Positions 1 to 7,098 of a DNA stretch of 27,792 nucleotides are shown here, in pieces; positions within the stretch are counted from its first letter, which is position 1; each line of letters opens with the position of its first letter. The notes beneath the pieces are model-generated. The model saw only the letters and a program-made list of their open reading frames with translations, did not search any database and was not told the origin of the DNA. The stretch is from positions 1 to 27,792 of the forward strand of contig CAIMFE010000192.1 in assembly GCA_903840235.1 (NCBI GenBank), given 5' to 3'. The position numbers and the translations under genes are program-made. Source of the stretch: an uncultured Opitutia bacterium (GTDB lineage Bacteria > Verrucomicrobiota > Verrucomicrobiia > Opitutales > UBA953).

Positions 1-1391
1 ATTTCCATCGTCGATTCGGTCCAAGCCTTCGACTGAATGATTTCGCGAAGTAAAACATCCTTGCGGTGTTGATTAGGAATTTCGATCCCCACCGTACCCC
101 GACCTGGAACGGGTGCTAAGATTCGAACAGACTCCGCCGACAAATTCATCGCGATATTATTCGAGAGGTTGGAAATCTTCTCTACGCGTACACCGGGAGC
201 GGGTTTAATTTCGTAGCGGGTGATTGAAGGACCTTGCTGAATTCCAACATCAATACCCGCTTCGGGATCTACAGGTACAACGGAAACTTTAAACTGCGTC
301 AGCGTTTCAATCAAATCACTCGCCCGCTTTTTAAAATCTTCGACTGGAATTTCTTTATCTACCACTGGCTCGTTGAGCAGACTGATGGTAGGGAATGTGT
401 AATCGCCTTTTTTCTTTGGCTGAGCCGAAGCTGTAGCCTTCTCAATTTTATCCGTTCTAGTAACCGAAATTTTTTGCGCACCCAATGCGGTTAAGATGGG
501 GACCTGTACTTTAGGAGCTGGGGCAGGCTCGGGTGCCACGGGAGTAGTTAATCCTGGCGAAATTTTTACATCATGGGTTGAAACCACGGCAACAGCCGGA
601 ACCTCTTCATCCTTTTCAACTTTTTTGACTTCAGGCACGACGACGACCGGAGCAGCAATCTCAACATTCTTAATCTCCATTTGCTTGCGACGCAGTTCCG
701 CAACCCGCTCAGCTCTTTGTTTACGCTCTAAGGCTTCGCGTTTCGCGGCCTCTTTGCGCTCGGCATTCCAAGCACCAAACATATCTCTTAGTTCCGTTAT
801 CCAGGCTGATAAAGTCGCCTTAGGATCATCTGCTAAAACTCCCAACAAACAAAATCCGTAGGGAAAAATAAGAATCCACGCACCATAGTCTCCTAATACG
901 GGTTGGCAAAGTTGCGTATATAAGAATTCACCTGTGACGCCACCCGCTCCACTCGAATCAAAAGCGCCCGAGGTGGGTCCACCCAAACTCATCGTAATCA
1001 CGGGCGCACCTAAGATAATACAGGCCAGCATTAACGAAGTTTTCGTTGGCCACAAAGTGTGCGCACGGTGATTCAAGGAAAACCAAGCGGCCGCAAATAA
1101 AAACGTTGGAATTAAAAAAGCCGTATAACCAAATAAACTAAATAAGATAACTGCGACTGTCGCCCCGAAGAGCCCACAGGGATTATGCTCCGTCGCGACA
1201 TCCGAAGAGGCCTGCAATTGAAACTTCGTTTCTATCCACTGCGGAAATAAAGTTTGATCGCTTTTACTATGAAAGACCATCGCCACTAAAATAAAGGTGC
1301 CGATTAATCCTAAAATAATGGCCAGAACAGGATGACTTTCACTGGCGGGCTTGGCTAAAGTAGCGGAACGCTTACGAGCGGGTGCTGGCAT
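1..1391 (-). CDS. ftsK: DNA translocase FtsK/SpoIIIE (5' part; runs off the window start)
   Basis: Not in the ORF track because it has no stop in the window. Hand translation from ATG at 1391 gives MPAPARKRS..., then N-terminal TM segments with HNPCGLFGA (FtsK 4TM domain), a charged Pro/Ala linker, and GPSITRYEIKPAPGVRVEKISNLSNNIAMNLSAESVRILAPVPGRGTVGIEIPN (FtsK alpha domain). Both translated ends are in the same frame. Confidence 0.95.
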   Translation of the reverse strand, partial: MPAPARKRSATLAKPASESHPVLAIILGLIGTFILVAMVFHSKSDQTLFPQWIETKFQLQASSDVATEHNPCGLFGATVAVILFSLFGYTAFLIPTFLFAAAWFSLNHRAHTLWPTKTSLMLACIILGAPVITMSLGGPTSGAFDSSGAGGVTGEFLYTQLCQPVLGDYGAWILIFPYGFCLLGVLADDPKATLSAWITELRDMFGAWNAERKEAAKREALERKQRAERVAELRRKQMEIKNVEIAAPVVVVPEVKKVEKDEEVPAVAVVSTHDVKISPGLTTPVAPEPAPAPKVQVPILTALGAQKISVTRTDKIEKATASAQPKKKGDYTFPTISLLNEPVVDKEIPVEDFKKRASDLIETLTQFKVSVVPVDPEAGIDVGIQQGPSITRYEIKPAPGVRVEKISNLSNNIAMNLSAESVRILAPVPGRGTVGIEIPNQHRKDVLLREIIQSKAWTESTME

Positions 1392-1399
1392 AAAATAGT

Positions 1400-2422
1400 T
1401 TATTCAAAAAGATTACCTTGGGCAGTCGTATCCTGACGTGGCAAAACGGGATCAGTCGAGAGGTGACGAGGAGGTCTAGTTACTCGCGCTGCTAAAACGC
1501 GGGTGCGTTCTTGGGCTAAGCGTTCAACTGATGAGGTCAGCGCATGACGAATCCACTTCGGGGTAAAACCATTGGCAGAATAATCGCACGGACCATAACC
1601 ATGCACGCGGCCGGATTGTAAGAGCGCGTCATTCTGTGCGAATTCCGCCTGATTTTCCTCAACATAAACCGCAAAAGCTTTGCCACCATTTTTACGCAGC
1701 AGCGAAAAGGCCGGGACGTCACTCGGGCCATCAGCAATATAAATCATATTAGCAAACGGAACCCGACGATCTTCTGGATGCACCACCGCATTCACATCAA
1801 TCGTGCTGTCTTTATTAGATCCTTTATTAATCTCAAAAATAAATCGGGTCTTAATCGTGTTATCGACCATCGCCGCTACTTGCGTGATTTCCGAGGGTAA
1901 CTGTAAATTAAGTTCATCCTGTTTCGTGAAATGAGGAGGCAGGGGTTCTTCTAAAAACTCACAGCCGTAAATTCCATCGCAGTGTTGAGCCAACTTAGTT
2001 CCGCGAATCATCTCCGCTAAACCGGTGCTGACAATATAATGCTCCAAGGTGACTTCGAGATTATGTTTTTTTCCAAGCTCGATCACCATCTCTTTGAGCG
2101 CTGGGAAAAATTCTGGAAGACCATTGCAAAGTTCAATATCGGCACCCAATTCGCGCAGGCGACTATTAGTTAGTCCTTTGAGAGGACCCGACTTCACATA
2201 ACTCAGTAAGTGATTTAAATAGACGGAATCTTTTGAGGTACGAATTCCCTTCTGCAAATAAAGTGCAGGTAATAAATTTGTTTCGCGCCAAAACTGATCT
2301 TCATCCACCCCGAAGGCGCGGAAGAGAGGGGTCTGCATGTACCCGGGACAAAGAGTTTTATCAAAATCCCAAATACAAGTGAGGACGTGACTACCCCGAA
2401 GGGCCGATTCCTTTAATGACAT
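1400..2422 (-). CDS. HAD-superfamily (haloacid dehalogenase-like) hydrolase, 340 aa
   Basis: HAD motif I WDFDKT, motif II IVSTG, motif III Lys (IKTRFIFEINKG), motif IV YIADGPSDVP. Ends 8 bp before the ftsK start, so likely co-transcribed. Confidence 0.85.
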   Translation of the reverse strand: MSLKESALRGSHVLTCIWDFDKTLCPGYMQTPLFRAFGVDEDQFWRETNLLPALYLQKGIRTSKDSVYLNHLLSYVKSGPLKGLTNSRLRELGADIELCNGLPEFFPALKEMVIELGKKHNLEVTLEHYIVSTGLAEMIRGTKLAQHCDGIYGCEFLEEPLPPHFTKQDELNLQLPSEITQVAAMVDNTIKTRFIFEINKGSNKDSTIDVNAVVHPEDRRVPFANMIYIADGPSDVPAFSLLRKNGGKAFAVYVEENQAEFAQNDALLQSGRVHGYGPCDYSANGFTPKWIRHALTSSVERLAQERTRVLAARVTRPPRHLSTDPVLPRQDTTAQGNLFE

Positions 2423-2522
2423 ATATTTAAAGTTGGTTAATGGTAAGGGCTTGCGGTGTGAGTCAACAACCCTCCATTAAATAACCTACGAATGGGCTAT
2501 CTCCAAGCCCGAACCCAACCCA

Positions 2523-3614
2523 ATGGCCGAAATACCACTTAGACCCGACCTTTCCAGCCTTCGCCGGCGCCTATCCGAGCTGGAAGGGCTCATGGCCGAC
2601 CCTGCTACCTTTGGTGACAGCCGAAAAGCCGCCGCACTAGGGGCCGAGCTTCGTTTTACCTCCAAAGCAGTCAAAGCCGACGATGCCCTGACCGCCTTGG
2701 AAAAAGAATTGGCAGAATCCATAGCACTTCAAAGGGAGTCAGACCAAGAAATACGGAAAATGGCCGAAGAAGAAATTCTGCGTCTCACTCCTGCTGTCGA
2801 AGCCGCCCGTGTTACTTTAATCCGTTCCATCATTCCGCCGAATCCGGATGACTCTCGTAATGCGATGGTAGAAATTCGTGCCGGCACTGGTGGCGAAGAG
2901 GCCTCGCTATTTGCTTCCGAACTTTTGCGAGCCTACACTCGCTTCGCAGAGAAAAAAGGATGGAAGCACGAACTTCTTTCTTTATCGCACAGCGATTTGG
3001 GCGGCGTGCGTGAAGCGGTCATTTTAATTGAAGGCGAAGGCGCCACCGCACTGCTGCGCCACGAAGCAGGCGTACATCGCGTTCAACGCGTTCCTGCGAC
3101 TGAAGGTTCAGGCCGCGTGCACACATCCGCCGCCACCGTTGCAGTTTTAGCCGAAGCCGAAGAAGCCGAAGTCGTTTTGAAACCCGAAGACTTAGATATG
3201 TCGGTCGCACGAGCGAGTGGTGCGGGCGGACAGCACGTTAATAAAACCGAATCAGCCGTCCAAATTATCCACAAGCCAACCGGGTTAATGGTTTATTGTG
3301 CGGATGAGCGCTCCCAATTGCGCAATCGTCAAAAAGCCCTCCGCGTTTTGCGCTCACGACTTTTAGATTTAACCCGCGCCAAAGAAAGAGAACTACGGGC
3401 CGACACGCGAAAGAACATGATTGGTTCGGGCGATCGCTCGGAGCGCATTCGCACTTATAATTTTCCACAAAATCGGATCACCGATCACCGCATCGATTTA
3501 ACCGTTCACGGCATCGAACAAGTGTTGGAAGGAAATCTCGATCAACTCGTGGATGCACTCTATGAGGCCGACCTGCGAACGCGCGCCGAAGCGATTACTG
3601 GTCCTTCAGCTTAA
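2523..3614 (+). CDS. prfA: Peptide chain release factor 1
   Basis: GGQ motif (ASGAGGQHVNKTESAV), RF1-specific PxT stop-recognition loop (VQRVPATEG), and GDRSERIRTYNFPQNRITDHRI. Confidence 0.97.
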   Translation: MAEIPLRPDLSSLRRRLSELEGLMADPATFGDSRKAAALGAELRFTSKAVKADDALTALEKELAESIALQRESDQEIRKMAEEEILRLTPAVEAARVTLIRSIIPPNPDDSRNAMVEIRAGTGGEEASLFASELLRAYTRFAEKKGWKHELLSLSHSDLGGVREAVILIEGEGATALLRHEAGVHRVQRVPATEGSGRVHTSAATVAVLAEAEEAEVVLKPEDLDMSVARASGAGGQHVNKTESAVQIIHKPTGLMVYCADERSQLRNRQKALRVLRSRLLDLTRAKERELRADTRKNMIGSGDRSERIRTYNFPQNRITDHRIDLTVHGIEQVLEGNLDQLVDALYEADLRTRAEAITGPSA

Positions 3615-4107
3615 AGGCGCCTAATTCGTCAGTCACTCGGAAGTCTCCTGTCTCTGGAACTCCGTCGTCCAACCTCTCGTCTAAAATTAAGAGAACTCTC
3701 CGCGAAAAAATATCAGGCTCCGTGGGTTTAAAAATGATTGTCGGATTGCCTGCGCCCATCGGACCTTTGTTAAGAGTAAAACTCCACTTGCCTGGGATAT
3801 CGCAATTCCCCATCGACTTCTTAACGGCTTCACTGAAACCATAAGCTGCTAAATCTGCGGCAGGATTGGCGAAATCGAAATCCGCCGGCCAAGTATTTTT
3901 CTCTAAGCGGTATTGAATCAGTGGCTTTCGACACTGACGAAAAACGCTGGCCAGAGGATCCACGCGTAAATGGTCGCGAATAATGAAACCTAGCGTTATG
4001 ACTAATCCGATAAATGCTGCGAAGATAAGCGTCCCTGTTATCCTGTACCAAAGCGGGGTAGAATCTACCTCAACGAGCTTAGGAATATTGGAAGCTGGTT
4101 CTGCCAT
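3595..4107 (-). CDS. Membrane-anchored pilin/pseudopilin-like protein lacking a canonical prepilin cleavage site
   Basis: Single N-terminal hydrophobic helix followed by an amphipathic helix ending YRLEKNTWPAD, and a C-terminal LDERLDDGVPETGDFR resembling the iD..lDDG...TG.fr motif of type IV pilin-like proteins. 3' end overlaps prfA by 20 bp. Confidence 0.5.
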   Translation of the reverse strand: MAEPASNIPKLVEVDSTPLWYRITGTLIFAAFIGLVITLGFIIRDHLRVDPLASVFRQCRKPLIQYRLEKNTWPADFDFANPAADLAAYGFSEAVKKSMGNCDIPGKWSFTLNKGPMGAGNPTIIFKPTEPDIFSRRVLLILDERLDDGVPETGDFRVTDELGAFKLKDQ

Positions 4108-4110
4108 AAC

Positions 4111-4131
4111 GATGGGGTGAGCATCCCCATC
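4111..4131. promoter_or_regulatory. 7-bp stem hairpin GATGGGG-N7-CCCCATC, 3 nt upstream of the pilin-like gene start
   Basis: Perfect 7-bp inverted repeat read directly from the divergent intergenic region; function inferred only. Confidence 0.3.
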
Positions 4132-4205
4132 TTCACGACGCTTTCAAGTCTCGAACATCAACCTTGCGACTTGGTTTTAATATAAATTATCTATTTTTAC
4201 GTTTC

Positions 4206-4994
4206 ATGGATACGCCCTACTTAAATCGATTCGCCGGCATTGGCCGTCTCTATGGCAAAGCTGGGCTGATTCATTTAAAAGAAAGTCAATTCATGGTCAT
4301 TGGCCTAGGAGGCGTGGGATCTTGGACCGTCGAAGCCTTGGCCCGGTCTGGGGTTGGACAAATCATTCTCGTGGATGGCGACGCGGTTTGCACCTCGAAC
4401 ACCAATCGCCAGCTCCACGCTCTCTCGGGTAATGAAGGACTGAATAAAACTTCCGTCATGGCGGCCCGAGCTAAGGCAATTAATCCCGATATTAAAATTA
4501 TCGAAATCACTCGATTTATTTCACGCACTAATCCGAGTGAATTTCTGGATGGATTTAATGGTGTGGTGATTGACGCCATCGATGCACTTTCACCGAAGTG
4601 TGGACTCATTAATGAAGTGCGGAATCGTCATTTAAAAATGGTGACGGTGGGCGGGTGCGCTGGTCGACTCGATGGCACGCGCATTAAAGTGACCGACCTC
4701 ACTGCCTCGCGCGATGACCCTTTAATGATGTTGGTGAGAAAGCGTCTCCGGCAAAATTATGATTTTCCGCGTAAAGGACTTTTTAATATTTCCTGCGTGT
4801 GGTCTGATGAACCGTTTACTCAACCCACCGATTGTGCTGGGCTACCCGGCGGAGACATTCCTGAAGACGAAGAGTTAAGACCTAATTGCGAATGGGGTTA
4901 CGGCACCGCATCGCATGTAGCCGGCGCTTTTGGTTTAGCTGCCGCCGGTGAAGCCATCCGACTCAGTTTGTTAGATCTTAAAAAGGGAGACTGA
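4206..4994 (+). CDS. tcdA: tRNA threonylcarbamoyladenosine dehydratase (ThiF/E1-like family)
   Basis: NRFAGIGRLYG, VIGLGGVGSWTVEALARSGVG, DGDAVCTSNTNRQLHA, DAID, C-terminal NCEWGYGTASHVAGAFG. ATG at 4206 is preferred over the TTG at 4164 because the family begins near the RFxGIxRLYG motif. Confidence 0.88.
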   Translation: MDTPYLNRFAGIGRLYGKAGLIHLKESQFMVIGLGGVGSWTVEALARSGVGQIILVDGDAVCTSNTNRQLHALSGNEGLNKTSVMAARAKAINPDIKIIEITRFISRTNPSEFLDGFNGVVIDAIDALSPKCGLINEVRNRHLKMVTVGGCAGRLDGTRIKVTDLTASRDDPLMMLVRKRLRQNYDFPRKGLFNISCVWSDEPFTQPTDCAGLPGGDIPEDEELRPNCEWGYGTASHVAGAFGLAAAGEAIRLSLLDLKKGD

Positions 4995-5426
4995 TTTCAA
5001 AAATTGTTCTCTCCAGTGGTATTGAGATAAAAGACTGGGATCATCATAGCCTAATAATTTTAAAGCTAAATATAAAGCCTCAACCGAGGCGAGTCCCTCC
5101 GCTGGATCCAATCCTTCATCATTACGTCGCGGATAAGCGGTTGGCACTCGCGGCAGTGAACGATAAATAGGCATGCCTCTTAAACAGGATTTTAATTTCG
5201 GTACATGTTTCCAATTGCCATCCAATAAAATGAGCGGACGTCCGGCGTCTGCCGCAGAAATAAGCGGAGCGTCGACACTTAATACAATGGCATCTGTAGC
5301 TTCAATTTCAAGCGACGCACTAAACTGAAAAAAGGAAAGTTCTTTGCGTAAGCGTAGTGGCTCTAAAGTGCATTTCGCTAAATTTTCATCGGGGTGCCGA
5401 ACAATGGTCGCGAGAATAGATGACAT
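4971..5426 (-). CDS. Small Tsr3/DTW (TDD superfamily) SAM-dependent aminocarboxypropyltransferase-like protein
   Basis: HPDENLAKCT, LLDGNW (DTW-like), RSLPRVPTAYPR, GLASVEALYLAL and YHWREQFL match motif order in Tsr3/DUF367 and DTW proteins. Confidence 0.7.
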   Translation of the reverse strand: MSSILATIVRHPDENLAKCTLEPLRLRKELSFFQFSASLEIEATDAIVLSVDAPLISAADAGRPLILLDGNWKHVPKLKSCLRGMPIYRSLPRVPTAYPRRNDEGLDPAEGLASVEALYLALKLLGYDDPSLLSQYHWREQFLKSVSLFKI

Positions 5427-5496
5427 AATATATAAAAATTTCCTTTGGCTTCTCTCCTTGCGCTATTAGGGTCGAGTCGGCTATTTAATCAATAAA

Positions 5497-6393
5497 ATGA
5501 ACACCCCTAAACTTCCCATGGAGGCGTTGATGACTGTCACAGGTCTACCCTACCGCCTGCATGCCAAGGGCAAGGTGAGAGAAGTTTTTGACTGTGGTGA
5601 ATATTATCTGATTATTACGACGGATCGACTCTCGGCATTCGACGTCGTGATGCCCAATGGCGTCCCAGGTAAGGGCATTTTACTCACTCACTTAAGTTTG
5701 TGGTGGTTTGAACAAGCTAAAGAAATTTTTCCTATTCACCTCGTCGACCATCATGCCGAACAGCTCGCCAAAGTTCTGCAAGGCCATGAGCATTTAATCA
5801 GTCGGTCCATGCTCGTTAAAAAATTAACCCCACTTCCTGTTGAGGCCGTAGTCCGTGGATACTTAGCCGGTGGTGGATATAAAGAATATAAAAAATCGGG
5901 TTCGATTTTAGATCACAAATTGCCCACAGGATTATTAGATGGATCAAAACTCTCGAGTCCGATTTTCACCCCCACCACCAAAGCCGCTCAAGGCCACGAC
6001 GAAGCGATTACACTGACCGAGTGCTCTAAACTCCTCGGAGAGAAAACTTTCAAAACAGTTCACGATACATCCATCGCACTCTATGCCATGGGAGCGAAGC
6101 GAGCCGCCCAAGCGGGTATCATTCTCGCGGATACTAAATTTGAGTTCGGTCAAGACGCCCAAGGTAATTTAGTTTTAATCGACGAAGTTTTGACGCCTGA
6201 TTCATCGCGTTATTGGCCTGCAGCATCTTGGAAACCGGGCCAGGCTCAACCTTCTTACGATAAACAATTTGTACGCGACTGGTTAGAATCACAGCCCTGG
6301 AATAAAACTTCTCCAGGCCCAATTCTACCACAGGAAATTATAGCAAAGACACAGGCTCTTTACGCCGAATGTTTAGAGCGTCTAACTGTTTAA
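5497..6393 (+). CDS. purC: Phosphoribosylaminoimidazole-succinocarboxamide (SAICAR) synthase
   Basis: GKVREVF, TDRLSAFDVV, PVEAVVRGYLAG, PIFTPTTKA, ADTKFEFG, DEVLTPDSSRYW, DKQFVRDWL. Confidence 0.97.
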   Translation: MNTPKLPMEALMTVTGLPYRLHAKGKVREVFDCGEYYLIITTDRLSAFDVVMPNGVPGKGILLTHLSLWWFEQAKEIFPIHLVDHHAEQLAKVLQGHEHLISRSMLVKKLTPLPVEAVVRGYLAGGGYKEYKKSGSILDHKLPTGLLDGSKLSSPIFTPTTKAAQGHDEAITLTECSKLLGEKTFKTVHDTSIALYAMGAKRAAQAGIILADTKFEFGQDAQGNLVLIDEVLTPDSSRYWPAASWKPGQAQPSYDKQFVRDWLESQPWNKTSPGPILPQEIIAKTQALYAECLERLTV

Positions 6394-6810
6394 TTACTTC
6401 TGCTTTTTTCTAGGCTTCGGTTTTTTACCAGGTGAAAGTGAGTCTTCGAGCCAACGGGCGTATTCTGCTTCGGTAATCTTACCCGACGCTAAACCAATGG
6501 TCTGCACAACAACTTCAACCTCGGGTGCGGCGAATTTAGCGCCGTTGATTTCCAGAAATAAAGCCGCAAGAACAAACCCGGTTCGCTTATTCCCATCCAC
6601 GAATGGATGACCCAGAATAATACCTGCAGCATAAGCTGCAGCGAGCTGAGTTAATTTTGCCTTGTTATATAAGACTAAATTCTGCGGACGAGACAACGCA
6701 GATACAAGACGGCCATGATCGCGAATACTAGCCTCGCCACCATAATCAGAAATCAAAATTCCGTGAATCGCCTGGCAGGCCTCCAGGCTTATCCATTTCG
6801 GTTCTTTCAT
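6394..6810 (-). CDS. doc: Death-on-curing (Doc/Fic family) toxin
   Basis: Doc-type motif GHPFVDGNKRTG (Lys where canonical Fic has Gly) and GGEASIRDHGRLVSALSRPQN; 4-nt ATGA overlap with the upstream antitoxin. Confidence 0.9.
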   Translation of the reverse strand: MKEPKWISLEACQAIHGILISDYGGEASIRDHGRLVSALSRPQNLVLYNKAKLTQLAAAYAAGIILGHPFVDGNKRTGFVLAALFLEINGAKFAAPEVEVVVQTIGLASGKITEAEYARWLEDSLSPGKKPKPRKKQK

Positions 6811-7034
6811 TTCGCTAGTTCACCAAGGGCGTTACGATAACGTTTATTGAGCGCTTTAAAAACAGCTAGGTCATCAGCAAATCCAGGGTTATCCGCTGTT
6901 AGTTTAATCTCTTTTTTTCCGCCCGTACAATAAAGCGAATCGCCTTCTTCTACCCTCAATTCGTCCATAAACTCCTTGGGCAGAATAATACCTAAAGAAT
7001 TACCAATTTTTCTTACTTTAATTTTTTTTGCCAT
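6807..7034 (-). CDS. AbrB/MazE/SpoVT-family antitoxin
   Basis: KVRKIGNSLGIILPKE...LRVEEGDSL swapped-hairpin signature; C-terminal YRNALGELAK typical of Doc-associated AbrB antitoxins. Confidence 0.9.
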   Translation of the reverse strand: MAKKIKVRKIGNSLGIILPKEFMDELRVEEGDSLYCTGGKKEIKLTADNPGFADDLAVFKALNKRYRNALGELAK

Positions 7035-7041
7035 AGTGATT

Positions 7042-7083
7042 ATGTTATAACTGATGTTATAACATTAAAAAGCATTAGCTCAA
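7042..7083 (-). promoter_or_regulatory. TA promoter/operator: tandem GTTATAAC palindromes overlapping a putative -10
   Basis: GTTATAAC at 7044-7051 and 7056-7063 (the second extends to the 12-bp palindrome ATGTTATAACAT, 7054-7065). On the minus strand TTGAGC-N16-TATAAC with an extended-10 TG. Confidence 0.7.
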
Positions 7084-7098
7084 GTGTAAATTACTGGT

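Noticed and set aside
234-861. Plus-strand ORFs 234..494 and 496..861
   Set aside because: Antisense shadows of ftsK, which occupies 1..1391 on the minus strand.
2523-3614. prfA without the usual downstream prmC
   Set aside because: prfA-prmC linkage is often broken; prmC is probably elsewhere in the genome.
4164-4205. TTG-started N-terminal extension of tcdA
   Set aside because: AT-rich, intergenic-looking sequence; the family N-terminus fits ATG 4206.
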